A stretch of 64,000 nucleotides of DNA from Microcoleus sp. (lineage in GTDB: Bacteria > Cyanobacteriota > Cyanobacteriia > Cyanobacteriales > Microcoleaceae), in the NCBI GenBank assembly GCA_042408215.1, contig JAYFMW010000006.1, positions 576,001 to 640,000 on the forward strand, written 5' to 3'. The position numbers were made by a program, and so were the translations under genes. Under the pieces are notes generated by a model. The model made no database searches and was not told where the DNA came from. It saw only the letters and a program-made list of their open reading frames with translations. The stretch's first letter is position 1. Every line of letters begins with the position of its first letter. Below, piece after piece: positions 20,252 through 31,258 of the stretch.

Positions 20252-21190
20252 TCAATCTGTTCGCCTTACCCAACCGTTGATAGTAAAGCGGCTGTCAGCA
20301 AAAGCTTTGGAAGGACAACTGACTGGTAAGACTTCGTGCATATAGCGGCTCAGAAAAAATACGATGCTGTTGTTGCGCGGTTCAACTGTTCTAAAAGAGT
20401 CAGCGGCTACATAGAAATTGTTCTCGATTTTACTGTCATAAATCTGCAATTCACCACCAGAAAAAGCCTTTGGTTCTCGATTGAAATAGTAAACATAAGT
20501 AAAAAATCTGGTTGCTGTATCGGGAGAGCCACTATCGTTATGAAGTTTGTAATAGTTATTGTCGTTGTGCATAGTTAGCTGAGATTCTATCTCACCAATA
20601 GAAAATGATGGAATATTTAATTTTCCCAGCACGTCGGGGAGAATTGCTTTAATGCGATTAATCATCAGTTCTGAGAATTCTGGGAACGAATGGAGTACCA
20701 TAGAACGGCGGTATTCGTCGGCATTGGTTGAGGTGCTGGTAGTCACAAATTCTGATTCTTTTGCTAAAACATATTTGATGAGTTTATTCTTTTCTGCGGC
20801 TGTGAGGAAGTTGTCAATTTGGGCGTATCGAGATATTAATTCGTCATTTACTGGCGCAGATGCGGGAATTTCTACGGGAATTTCTACGGGAATTTCTACG
20901 GGAATTTCGGGCTGCTGCGCTTGCAGTTGCTGTAAGTAAATTGGGGGTTCTGTGACTAAGCCGACTAGGTGTTCGCCTGGAAAACAAAGTGCCGATCGCC
21001 CTGAGTCTATGGGAATCTGAAATAAGGTGGAAAAACCTGGTGTTTGTTGGGTGCGATCGACTAATGTTTTAACAAGATTGTGCAATAATGGTGTGTCGGA
21101 TTTGAGCGTGATTGTGCATTGATGTCCGCCAGTAAGCAGGATTTTGACTTTGACATCTTGGGGTTGAATTTGCGGTTGAGTGTAGGTCAT
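20252..21190 (-). CDS. 2OG-Fe(II) oxygenase (prolyl-4-hydroxylase-like)
   Basis: HND..FSGGEL..HEV..R motifs; EIPV 12-bp repeat linker; start chosen at MTYTQ. Confidence 0.85.
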   Translation of the reverse strand: MTYTQPQIQPQDVKVKILLTGGHQCTITLKSDTPLLHNLVKTLVDRTQQTPGFSTLFQIPIDSGRSALCFPGEHLVGLVTEPPIYLQQLQAQQPEIPVEIPVEIPVEIPASAPVNDELISRYAQIDNFLTAAEKNKLIKYVLAKESEFVTTSTSTNADEYRRSMVLHSFPEFSELMINRIKAILPDVLGKLNIPSFSIGEIESQLTMHNDNNYYKLHNDSGSPDTATRFFTYVYYFNREPKAFSGGELQIYDSKIENNFYVAADSFRTVEPRNNSIVFFLSRYMHEVLPVSCPSKAFADSRFTINGWVRRTD

Positions 21191-21325
21191 AATTTTTTCA
21201 AGACACGATGGGAAACTCGCTAAAGATATAATTCGTAAGGGAAACAATTCGGTAGGGACACAACACTGTTCATTAGTGTCAACTTAAAACTGAAACCCCT
21301 TGATCGATCTCGTTTTTACCTGAGT

Positions 21326-21484
21326 CTAGATCCCCCTAAATCCCCCTTAAGAAGGGGGACTTAAAGAGGCTTCCTGTCCCACCCCCTACTCCCCTTAAGA
21401 AGGGGAGTAGGGGGGGACTTTGAGCCATTTCCGGTTCCCCCCTTCTTAAGGGGGAGTAGGGGGCAAGCTAAGGGGGGATCTAGA
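21326..21484. repeat. REP-like palindrome cluster (cccccttaagaagggg family)
   Basis: ctagatccccc ... gggggatctag ends with three internal hairpins; related cluster at 49575-49675. Confidence 0.7.
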
Positions 21485-21561
21485 CTGGGGTGAAAGCGAT
21501 ATTTATCATGGCTTTCAGGCTTAAGTTGTCACCAATGAACACTGTTGTGTCCCTACAATAA

Positions 21562-23106
21562 TTAATGCAAAAAGTGGCGGATGTCGGTGAAAACCATTGT
21601 GATTCCGAGTTGGTTAGCGCAGTCGATCGAATCTCGATCGCGCATACTACCTCCCGGTTGGACGATCGCACTTATTCCCGCTTCCGCCGCCGTTTTTACC
21701 GAATCATCAAAGGGGAAGAAACCATCGCTAGCTAAAATCGCTCCTTTGGCTTGATCGCCCGCTTGTTCTAATGCTAGTTTAACCGATCCGACACGATTCA
21801 TTTGTCCAGCACCGACACCGATTGTAGTGCAATTTCGCGTCACCACGATCGCATTTGATTTAACGTGTTTCGCTACTTTCCAAGCAAACAGCAATTCTGC
21901 TAACTCTGATGCTGTCGGCTGTTTCTCAGTAACTACGCGCCATTTACTGGTATCTTCTACTACATTATCTGAGTCTTGCACCAGCAAACCACCTGCGATT
22001 ATTTTAACAGTTTGCGACGGGCCTTGAGTCAAGTCTGGCAAAATTAAGACTCGCACTTTTGCCTTCTTTTTGATAATTTCTTCAGCTTCTGGTTCGCATC
22101 CAGGAGCGACAATACATTCTAAAAATGTCTTAGTTAATGCAGTTGCAGTAGCTGCATCAATCGGGCGATTTAGCGCAACAATGCCGCCAAAAGCTGATAC
22201 TGAATCCGTGTCAAATGCTTTTTGATACGCTTCGGAAATAGTTGTTCCCAAGGCGGTGCCGCAGGGATTTGTGTGTTTGAGAATAGCGGCGGCGGGACTG
22301 TCTGGAAATTCGACAATCAGCCTCCTTGCTGCTTCTAAATCTACTAGGTTATTGTAGCTTAATTCTTTGCCTTGCAGGATGGTGCTATTCGTCCAGCCTG
22401 TGGGTGTAATTCCGCTTTGATACCAGCTTGCGGCTTGGTGGGGATTTTCGCCGTAGCGCAGAGTTTGCAGCTCTTTTCCTGATAGGTTAAACTCGGTTAT
22501 TTGGGATGATTTTTGAGTGGATTGAGCGCTGAGATAAGTGGCGATCGCACTGTCGTAGTTTGCCGTGTGCTGAAAGGTTTCTAGCGCGCAATTTTGCCGA
22601 AATTCTAATGAGGATTCGCCTCCGTTTTGTCGCAGTTCTTCTAAATAAATATTGTACTGCTCTGGATTGCACAAAACTGTTAAGTGTGCATGATTTTTTG
22701 CTGATGCTCTCAGCATTGCCGGTCCGCCGATATCTATTTGCTCAATGGCGTCTGCTAGGGTTACTCCCGGTTTGGCAATTGTCTGTTCAAAGGGATACAG
22801 ATTGACAACGACTAAATCAATAGGGCGAATTTGGTTGTTTGTTAAATCTGTGATATCCTGTGGTATATCCCGACGTGCTAAAATACCGCCGTGGATGCGG
22901 GGATGCAGTGTTTTGACTCGCCCGCCCAAAATTTCGGGAGAACCAGTATAGTCTGCCACTTTGGTGACAGGGATTCCAGCTTGTTTCAGGGCCGCTGCTG
23001 TGCCGCCGCTGCTAATGATGTCAAATTCAAATTCTTCTACTAGACTCCGTGCTAAGTCAATTAGCCCGGTTTTGTTGGATACGCTCAGAAGTGCTAGACG
23101 TGCCAT
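21562..23106 (-). CDS. purH: Bifunctional AICAR transformylase/IMP cyclohydrolase
   Basis: GRVKTLHP, LRYGENPHQ and SDGFFPF motifs. Confidence 0.98.
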   Translation of the reverse strand: MARLALLSVSNKTGLIDLARSLVEEFEFDIISSGGTAAALKQAGIPVTKVADYTGSPEILGGRVKTLHPRIHGGILARRDIPQDITDLTNNQIRPIDLVVVNLYPFEQTIAKPGVTLADAIEQIDIGGPAMLRASAKNHAHLTVLCNPEQYNIYLEELRQNGGESSLEFRQNCALETFQHTANYDSAIATYLSAQSTQKSSQITEFNLSGKELQTLRYGENPHQAASWYQSGITPTGWTNSTILQGKELSYNNLVDLEAARRLIVEFPDSPAAAILKHTNPCGTALGTTISEAYQKAFDTDSVSAFGGIVALNRPIDAATATALTKTFLECIVAPGCEPEAEEIIKKKAKVRVLILPDLTQGPSQTVKIIAGGLLVQDSDNVVEDTSKWRVVTEKQPTASELAELLFAWKVAKHVKSNAIVVTRNCTTIGVGAGQMNRVGSVKLALEQAGDQAKGAILASDGFFPFDDSVKTAAEAGISAIVQPGGSMRDRDSIDCANQLGITMVFTDIRHFLH

Positions 23107-23502
23107 TGGTTTGAAGTTGCGATCGCAAAAATAGACAGGTTATATTCTAGATCAAATTTGGCGGCATCGGCATGATTTAGTAATTGCTAATTGGTGATTA
23201 TTCTTGATTCTTACATCATAAAGATGAGTTTGTTTATCTGCCAGGGCACTTATCTTTACAAAATCTTCATAAAAATATACTAATTTATGTCGATCTGTTT
23301 TTTGAAGAGTGTTGAAAATATTTGGTGATCTGTGATACATCATCAAAGGGCGATCGTGCTTTATTATTAATAATAATTTATGATTGTTGGTCGCAGTAGT
23401 GTGCTAGGATTTCTTGTAAATTGGTCTATTCCTGAATAGGCTTGAGAATTGAGCGATCGCAACAGCTTAAGTTAATTAAGATTTTTCTTGTAGGGCTTAA
23501 AT

Positions 23503-25419
23503 ATGTTTGATCAAAATACAGACCCAGAAAGTAAGATCGGTAATCTTAGCAGTTTCCCGAACAACACAGCTCAAAATAGTGGCGATCGAGCCAACTATCA
23601 ACAGTCACCAAAAAGTTTAGCACAGAATTCGGCAGACGGTCACATCTCAGAAGCTTATAGTATTAATCTGTGTGAATTGCAGCAGATGGAAATAGCAATG
23701 GAACAGCTAAAGGAGGATTTAAAAGCTAGCGAATCTCGATTTCGTAATGTAATCAGAAAAAATGCAGACGGCATCGCAATCGTCAACAAAAAAGGACTTG
23801 TTTGTTTTGTTAATCCCTCAGCAGAAGCACTGTTTAATTGCAAGGAAGAGGAACTTTTAGGTCAAGCGTTTTTTGGCAATTTAGTAGTAGAAGGTTCCGC
23901 CTGCGACATAGACATGGAAACCGATATTATTCCCCTAGTTGGAGAAACAGACGCAGCCGGAATTCGCGTCGTGCAAACAGAAGTTGAAGCTATTCGCAAG
24001 CAGAAAGAAAATGCTGTGGTAGATATGCGGGTGGTGGAAACGGAATGGGAAGGAGAAATAGCTTATCTAGCTTCGCTGCGAGACATTACCGATCGCAAAC
24101 GCACAGAAGAAATGCTGTGGCTGTACAATCGGGCTATGGCAGCTACTAGCACCGGAATTGCGATCTCCGACGCCACTAAACCCGGATATCCAATTATTTA
24201 TTGCAATCCAGGATTTGAAAGCATGACGGGCTATCAGCGGGAAGAAATTATCGGAAAAAACTGCCGTTTTTTGCAGGGGAATGATACCGATCCGGCGGCG
24301 GTAGAAACCATTCGTCAAGCCTTGCAAAACGCCAGCGAATGTCAGGTAATATTGAAGAATTATCGGCTGGATGGAACGGCTTTTTGGAATGCTTTGTCTA
24401 TATCTCCATTGCGCGATAGCAAGGGAAAATTAACTCATTTCGTCGGCGTACAAAGGGACATAACCGAAGGCAAAGAATCTGAGGAAGCGTTGCAAAAGTC
24501 CGAAGCACAAAGTAGAGAAAAAACCACTCAATTAGAAGCAGCACTTAAGGAAGTTAAAGACACTCATTCCCAATTGGTTCAAAGCGAAAAAATGTCCAGT
24601 CTGGGATTGCTAATTGCCGGAGTCGCTCACGAAATTAACAACCCCGTCAGCTTCATTTACGGTAATCTCGATCATCTCAAAAACTATACTCAAGACTTGT
24701 TGCATATGGTGGCACTTTACGAACAGCACTATCCCGATCCCGTAGCGGAAATTCAAGAGGAAAAAGAAACCATCGAACTCGATTTTATAGCTAAAGACTT
24801 ACCTCAAATACTATCTTCAATGAATGTGGGAGTTGAGCGGATTTCCCAGATTGTCAAATCCCTGCGAAACTTCTCGCGGCACGACAATTCCGAAAAGAAA
24901 CCCGTTCACCTTCACGAAGGTATTGATAGCACGCTATTAATTCTCAATCACCGCTTGAAAGGAAACGGCGAAACCCTTCCTATTCAAATTGTGAAAGACT
25001 ACGGCAATTTGCCACCTGTTGAGTGTTTTCCCGGACCGATAAATCAAGTATTTATGAATATTCTCAGCAATGCGATCGATGCTTTGAATGATTGGAATCA
25101 ACAGCGAGGGTTGCCAGAAATGCGATCCAATCCCAGCCAGATTAAGATTAGCACAAAAGTGGACGATAGCAATTTCGCAGAAATCAAAATTGCCGACAGC
25201 GGGCCCGGAATGAGTTCAGCAGTCAAGCAGCACATATTTGATCCTTTTTTTACCACCAAACCCATTGGTAAAGGCACAGGAATGGGTTTGTCAATTAGCT
25301 ATCAAATAGTTGTAGAAAAACACAAAGGCGTATTAGATTGTATTTCGGAAATCGGCCAGGGCACAGAGTTTATTATCAGAATTCCGATCGAAAGTCCAGG
25401 ACACAAGTGTCACAATTAG
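23503..25419 (+). CDS. PAS-LOV sensor histidine kinase
   Basis: LOV motif GKNCRFLQG; H-box AHEINNP; HATPase NAIDA, DSGPG, FFTTKP, GTGMGL. Confidence 0.9.
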   Translation: MFDQNTDPESKIGNLSSFPNNTAQNSGDRANYQQSPKSLAQNSADGHISEAYSINLCELQQMEIAMEQLKEDLKASESRFRNVIRKNADGIAIVNKKGLVCFVNPSAEALFNCKEEELLGQAFFGNLVVEGSACDIDMETDIIPLVGETDAAGIRVVQTEVEAIRKQKENAVVDMRVVETEWEGEIAYLASLRDITDRKRTEEMLWLYNRAMAATSTGIAISDATKPGYPIIYCNPGFESMTGYQREEIIGKNCRFLQGNDTDPAAVETIRQALQNASECQVILKNYRLDGTAFWNALSISPLRDSKGKLTHFVGVQRDITEGKESEEALQKSEAQSREKTTQLEAALKEVKDTHSQLVQSEKMSSLGLLIAGVAHEINNPVSFIYGNLDHLKNYTQDLLHMVALYEQHYPDPVAEIQEEKETIELDFIAKDLPQILSSMNVGVERISQIVKSLRNFSRHDNSEKKPVHLHEGIDSTLLILNHRLKGNGETLPIQIVKDYGNLPPVECFPGPINQVFMNILSNAIDALNDWNQQRGLPEMRSNPSQIKISTKVDDSNFAEIKIADSGPGMSSAVKQHIFDPFFTTKPIGKGTGMGLSISYQIVVEKHKGVLDCISEIGQGTEFIIRIPIESPGHKCHN

Positions 25420-25616
25420 TAAGGTGCGTCAGATATCTAAACCCTCGATAATCGCCCTATAATATTAATTCCGGTTGCATCGGAATAATATATTTGGCTC
25501 CTGTCAGTGCGAGCGGATTTGATATAACTTAGTCTGACGCACCCTACAAGTTGATGGTCATGTGCCAGTTGCATCTAGGACTATACAAACAGTAGGAATA
25601 ACAACTTTAGGACTTA

Positions 25617-25779
25617 TACCAGTTTTTTATGAGGCTGCATAGAATCTGATCCCCCCTAACCCCCCTTAATAAGGGGGGAACAAGATTCTGCTCAAAGTCA
25701 ACCCCTACTCACACCCTACTCCCTTATTAAGGGGGATTTAGGGGGATCGAGATATATGCAACGACCCATTAAATTGGTA
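25617..25779. mobile_element. MITE family A, copy 2, nested in another MITE (25608-25862)
   Basis: taggacTTA[tacca...tggta]TTAcgca ... tgcgtaagtccta. Confidence 0.8.
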
Positions 25780-25865
25780 TTACGCATTTTAATGTTTTTG
25801 CAAGGGCTTGAGATTCTTCGCTTCTCTCAGAATGACATAATTACGTTGTTGCGTAAGTCCTAAAC

Positions 25866-27342
25866 TTAAAACACCTCAGCACCCTCCAACTTCTTCACAA
25901 TTTCCACCTTAGCCCTCGCCGCTTCCCCGCAACTGCGAGGAGTGGGAAACATCTTCCCAGGATTCGCCAAACCCTTCGGATTAAACACCTCGACGGACCC
26001 ACTGCATCGTCTCCAAATCTACCTCAGAAAACATATCCGGCATAAAACACTTCTTATCAGCACCGATGCCGTGTTCTCCAGAAAGACTTCCCCCAACTTT
26101 CACGCAAAGTTTAAGAATTTCGCCGCCCAATTCCTCCACCTTTTCCAGCGCCCCTTCTACCGAATTATCGTAAAGAATTAGCGGGTGCAAATTTCCATCT
26201 CCCGCATGAAATACATTGGCAATTCGATAGCCATATTTCTCGCTCAAGCCCTCAATTTCTTTAAGAACAAATGCCATTTGTGTACGGGGAATTACACCAT
26301 CTTGTACATAATAATCTGGACTCAAATGACCAGCCGCCGCAAAAGCAGCTTTTCGCCCTTTCCAAATTTTTAGCCGCGTTTCTAAATCATGAGCCGTCGT
26401 GATATTCCGCGAGCCATTCTGCTTGCAAATTTCTGAAATTCGCTGTTTATTAGTCGCAACTTCTACCTCTAAACCGTCGATTTCTATGAGCAGTATTGCC
26501 GCTGCATCGCGGGGATAGCAGCCTGTAGCGACAACATCTTCTACAGCATTGATACTGATGTTGTCCATGATTTCCATGCCACCGGGAATAATGCCAGCAC
26601 GGATAATATCTGAAACCGCTTCGCCCGCCGCTTCAATACTGGTAAAATCAGCTAGAAGAACGCAAATAGATTCCGGCGCTTTGAGAATTCTCAAAGTAAC
26701 TTCTGTCGCTATGCCTAAAGTGCCTTCGGAACCGACAAATACACCAGTTAAATCGTAACCTGGCATTTCGGGAATTGCGCCGCCCACATCGACAATTGAA
26801 CCGTCTGGCAGTACCAATTTTAATCCTAAAACGTGATTGGTTGTTACTCCGTATTTGAGGCAATGAACCCCGCCGGAATTTTCGGCAACGTTGCCACCAA
26901 TCGAGCAAATAATTTGACTAGAAGGGTCAGGCGCATAGTAGAAACCGGCACCGCTAACTGCTTGAGTTACCCAGTTATTAATTACTCCTGGTTGCACGAC
27001 TACTTGCTGATTTTCTAAGTCTACTTTCAGGATTTTTCGCATCAGCGCCGTGACAATCAACACGCAGTTTTCGACGGGTAGCGCGCCGCCTGAAAGACCA
27101 GTACCGGCACCTCTGGCTACCCAGGGAATGCCATCGCGATCGCATATTTTGACCACTTTTGCCACTTCCTCCGTAGTTCGCGGCAATACCACCAAGGCAG
27201 GCCGCTGGCGGTAGCTGGTGAGTCCGTCGCACTCGTAGACTAGCAATTCTTCGCGGCGCTTTACGACGCCGTTTTTGCCGACTACAGCCTCAAATTCTTT
27301 AATAACGGGCTGCCAATTGCGTTCTGTTTCTATGGCTATCAT
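25866..27342 (-). CDS. glcD: Glycolate oxidase subunit GlcD (apparent +1 frameshift at ~25991)
   Basis: APDPSSQ, HAGDGNLHP and GEHGIG motifs; conserved tail FNPKGLANPGKMFP continues in another frame to 25866. Confidence 0.88.
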
Positions 27343-27503
27343 TAGTAGTGATTTTAATTAAGGAACTCTAAATAATATTGTGACAAACTTGAGGACTTTT
27401 GTGCAACTAAGTAAAAAATAATACCCAGATACCCTAATTCTTAAAGAAGTCGGGTATCTAACAGCGATCGCATTTTACGCGATCGTAAAAAATTAGACCT
27501 AGG

Positions 27504-27896
27504 CTAACTTCCTCCCGCCGCCCCGACCGCTTGACCTCTGAGCACAAAAATTACTCCCGTCATGATTAACCCCACGCCTACCAATCGCAGTGGTGGTAAA
27601 GGCTCGTTAAATACAATTTTGCCGCCCAAAACAGTAAACAGGTAACTGATTGACAATAAAGGCGAGACTATGCTAATGTTGGCGCGCGACAGAACTACTA
27701 TAAAGCCGATCGAAGAAATTGCGTACAGAGAAAGACCGGCTATGATCAAAGGCTGAGTTGCCATTGCTGTAATTTTTTCAACTAAATTAGCAGCGCCAAT
27801 CGGCCCTAAAATTTTAGCTCCAGCCTTCAGACTAAATTGACCTACTACGCCGCACAAAATAGCAGCAAGCAAAAGTAGAAAAATACCTCGACTCAT
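27504..27896 (-). CDS. EamA/SMR-like small membrane transporter (ArnE/F-like)
   Basis: Four hydrophobic helices; divergent from a GT2 gene. Confidence 0.7.
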   Translation of the reverse strand: MSRGIFLLLLAAILCGVVGQFSLKAGAKILGPIGAANLVEKITAMATQPLIIAGLSLYAISSIGFIVVLSRANISIVSPLLSISYLFTVLGGKIVFNEPLPPLRLVGVGLIMTGVIFVLRGQAVGAAGGS

Positions 27897-28053
27897 CAGT
27901 TCACCTACCTAATAATACAGCGCGAGAATTGCCGACATAAAAACTACTATTAACAGCTTTGATTAAGTCTTATTGACTTTTATTAGCCACTCAGATTTTA
28001 ATTATAGATGCTGGAAAAGCAAGTATTGTCGCGAAAAAGTGTCAAACAAAACT

Positions 28054-29232
28054 ATGGCAGAGCAGACAAACACAACCGGAGAATACACTCTCGAATTATC
28101 AATACTAATGCCATGCCTCAACGAGGCAGAAACATTAGAAGTCTGCATAGAAAAAGCACAGAAGTCACTACGCGAACTTAATATTGCCGGCGAAGTTATC
28201 ATAGCAGACAACGGCAGCACTGACGGTTCTCAAGATATCGCTACGAGAATGGGAGCCAGAGTCGTGCCGGTAGCAGCCAAAGGCTACGGTAGCGCCCTGA
28301 TGGGTGGCATCATCGCGGCGCGCGGAGTCTATATTATTATGGGCGATGCCGACGACAGCTACAACTTTTCCCACCTCGGCGCTTTTGTCGAAAAATTGCG
28401 GGGAGGCTACGATTTAGTCATGGGAAATCGCTTTCAAGGTGGCATCAAACCGGGTGCAATGCCGCCGCTGCACAAATACTTAGGAAATCCAGTGCTGACT
28501 TGGGTTGGGAGGCTATTTTTTGCAAGTCCCGCCGGCGATTTTCACTGCGGGCTGCGGGGTTTCAGAAGAGACTCAATTTTGACACTGGACTTGCAAACAA
28601 CGGGGATGGAATTTGCTAGCGAAATGGTAGTCAAAGCTTCTCTGTACAAGTTGCGAATTGCTGAAGTCCCCACCGTACTTTTTCCCGATGGCCGCAGTCG
28701 CCCGCCACACCTGCGAACTTGGCGAGATGGCTGGCGACACTTGCGATTTTTGCTGCTTTATAGTCCCCGGTGGCTGTTTTTGTATCCGGGTGCTGCGCTG
28801 ATGATTTTGGGTTTAATTGTCGTTATTTGGCTGTTGCCTAGCAGCAGAACTGTAGGAAGTATAACCTTTGATGTGCACACGCTGCTCTATGGTGCGATCG
28901 CAATTATCATCGGTTTTCAAGCAGTAACATTCGCTTTCTTCACCAAAGTTTTCGCCATCAGCGAAAAACTACTGCCCGAAGACCCCAAACTCAATAAAAT
29001 ATTTCGCTATGTCACCCTAGAGACAGGATTAATTGTCGGAGTCGCGCTCATGTTAATCGGCATAGCTGGCTCGTTCTTATCATTGACTATTTGGAGCGAA
29101 ACTGCTTTCGGTTCCCTAAACCCTTCCAAAACTCTGCGTTTAGTTATTCCCTCGCTCACTTGCCTGACTGTCGGTTTGCAGATGGTTTTATCCAGCTTTT
29201 TCTTAAGCGTACTCGCTTTGAAACGGCGGTAA
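28054..29232 (+). CDS. GT2 glycosyltransferase (DPM1-like) with C-terminal TM helices
   Basis: MPCLNE, DNGSTD and DADDSY motifs. Confidence 0.9.
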   Translation: MAEQTNTTGEYTLELSILMPCLNEAETLEVCIEKAQKSLRELNIAGEVIIADNGSTDGSQDIATRMGARVVPVAAKGYGSALMGGIIAARGVYIIMGDADDSYNFSHLGAFVEKLRGGYDLVMGNRFQGGIKPGAMPPLHKYLGNPVLTWVGRLFFASPAGDFHCGLRGFRRDSILTLDLQTTGMEFASEMVVKASLYKLRIAEVPTVLFPDGRSRPPHLRTWRDGWRHLRFLLLYSPRWLFLYPGAALMILGLIVVIWLLPSSRTVGSITFDVHTLLYGAIAIIIGFQAVTFAFFTKVFAISEKLLPEDPKLNKIFRYVTLETGLIVGVALMLIGIAGSFLSLTIWSETAFGSLNPSKTLRLVIPSLTCLTVGLQMVLSSFFLSVLALKRR

Positions 29233-29260
29233 CAAAAATCAAATCGGATCCATCGCCCTT

Positions 29261-29728
29261 TTACGGATAATTATTAGGATTATCGATCGCCAACCCGGCC
29301 GACTGAGCAATATTCAGCAGTCTGTTGTCCGCCGAAACAAAAACCAGTTGAGTATCTGGTATTAATGTTAAAAGAGATTGAACGCGCAAAGCAGACGCCA
29401 ATTGCACAGCATCATAAGCCCGCAGTGGACATTGAACAATCAGTTCACCCGCCCTTTCAATCAGTACCTCATCAACTTCAATAACTCTATACCGACTATT
29501 GAATTCAGAGCGAAACGTTTGAATAAGTGCAGCAACTTCCGCAGGAGTTATACCGCCTTCACGTTGTCTGCGTGCAAAAGCACTAAGAACTTCCACCCAG
29601 GTAATCCGCACCAGAAGCAGCGAGTTACCCGTCTGGGAATCCGTGAGCGTTTTGATCCAAGGGCTACCAATTTCAGCCACATATCTTTTGATGAGGGCGC
29701 TACTATCCAAAAAATAAATGTTTACCAC
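29261..29728 (-). CDS. vapC: VapC/PIN-domain toxin
   Basis: LDSSALIKRY..E..LRAYDAVQLASA..SAD PIN pattern. Confidence 0.88.
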   Translation of the reverse strand: MVNIYFLDSSALIKRYVAEIGSPWIKTLTDSQTGNSLLLVRITWVEVLSAFARRQREGGITPAEVAALIQTFRSEFNSRYRVIEVDEVLIERAGELIVQCPLRAYDAVQLASALRVQSLLTLIPDTQLVFVSADNRLLNIAQSAGLAIDNPNNYP

Positions 29729-30018
29729 GGGCCGCGATCCTCGATAATAATTTCTGATAAAGGCTTGCCCGGTTTTGCCCCTAACCTTTTAGCCAATTCA
29801 TACACATCTTCATCGGTGACAGCCTCGACGTTATGGGGAGCGTTAGGTAGTGGAGTCACCAATCCTCGGTCAACTAAAAACTGGATTGCCAATTCTGCTT
29901 GCTTTTTCGGAGCATCTGGCCAGAGTTGAATCTGCACAGTTTCCCCATCTTTGAAAGACACAGAGTTCAGGGGACGAAAAACCCCATTTTCGTACACAGC
30001 AGTAATAGTTTCTGGCAT
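29722..30018 (-). CDS. DUF104/AF2212-like antitoxin
   Basis: ITAVYENGVFRPL N-terminus; overlaps vapC. Confidence 0.8.
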   Translation of the reverse strand: MPETITAVYENGVFRPLNSVSFKDGETVQIQLWPDAPKKQAELAIQFLVDRGLVTPLPNAPHNVEAVTDEDVYELAKRLGAKPGKPLSEIIIEDRGPW

Positions 30019-30064
30019 AATTAGCCTCTTAATTAAATGCTTTGACTTATTGTACTTCTTTTAA

Positions 30065-30865
30065 TTACTTAGTTGCCACCACAGCCAAATTCCAAGCCAA
30101 CCGCTTCATCAAAGGCAACTGCTTCAAAAAACCATCCAACCCTTCCAAACGAGAGTATTCCGGTTCTAATCTCTCTTCTTCAAGAATAATCTTCTTCCAA
30201 TAACGCTCCTGATTCGGATGCACTTTTTCGATTAAATAAAAGCGCAAAAAAATCCAAAGCGCCGTCAGCCAAAACGTATCGTAAGCCGTTTGTGAAAACA
30301 GAGACTTGACAAATTGCACAATATTAATGTCTAAAGGAGTTTCATCCTCAGTCCGCACCTCAGTCGCCATCCGGCGATAAACATTAATTACAGGATTGTG
30401 CTTCATCGGGTCCCAAAAACAAGCTTTTCCCCCAGGCTTCAGCACGCGGTGCATTTCGCGAATAGCCTTTTCTGGTTCCGGTAAATGGTGCAGCAAATTA
30501 GAAGCATAAACAATATCAAAACTATTGTCGGGGAAATCTAGGGCCATTGCATTTACAGTGCAACCTTCGATTTTTACATTGTTTGTCTCTGCCAATTTCA
30601 GAGCAACTTCTACCATGCCAGGAGAATAGTCAGCAGCCACGCACAGCGCCCCTTTTTTAGCGAAATAAACGCTGTTTTCTCCCGCGCCGCAGCCTAAATC
30701 TAAGAGGCGTTTGCCAGTAATATCGCCCATTTGCTGGACGATAAATCTATTTTCTGGTGCTGTACAAGCTTCAAAGTAATCGTTGACTCGAATGCCGTCA
30801 ACGTCGATTGTGGATGCCCAAGCATCATGGAATTGTCGCTCTTTTTGTAAGGTTTCTTCTTGCAT
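30065..30865 (-). CDS. Class I SAM-dependent methyltransferase
   Basis: LDLGCGAG, FDIV and RVLKPGG motifs. Confidence 0.92.
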   Translation of the reverse strand: MQEETLQKERQFHDAWASTIDVDGIRVNDYFEACTAPENRFIVQQMGDITGKRLLDLGCGAGENSVYFAKKGALCVAADYSPGMVEVALKLAETNNVKIEGCTVNAMALDFPDNSFDIVYASNLLHHLPEPEKAIREMHRVLKPGGKACFWDPMKHNPVINVYRRMATEVRTEDETPLDINIVQFVKSLFSQTAYDTFWLTALWIFLRFYLIEKVHPNQERYWKKIILEEERLEPEYSRLEGLDGFLKQLPLMKRLAWNLAVVATK

Positions 30866-31258
30866 ATTATTGAATATTAATTATTTGTGTACTTCATTGA
30901 CTGGGATTAGTTGTAACTTATTCGTATCTTCTGGCGAAGTTTTCTATAATCTCTAAAGCTAAGTATAAAATTCTAACTCCAATTTTGCCAGAGGTTCTAA
31001 TTCGGCTCGCGTCCACTTTATTGTACCAGATGCTGCCAATGGATTAATATTGTTTCTGGTTGCATCGGAATGATTTAACCGCAGAGAACACAGAGGACAC
31101 AGAGGAAGAGAATAGAGAGATGAATAATTTAGATGCTACCGGATTTTATCTAACTCGCTGTAAACAACATTTTCGCTGATATTCGGGTAATTTTATAGCA
31201 GTAGGGCGAGCAATGCCCGCCCTACAAATTAACTGAAAACTGGTAAAGAATTGGCAAT

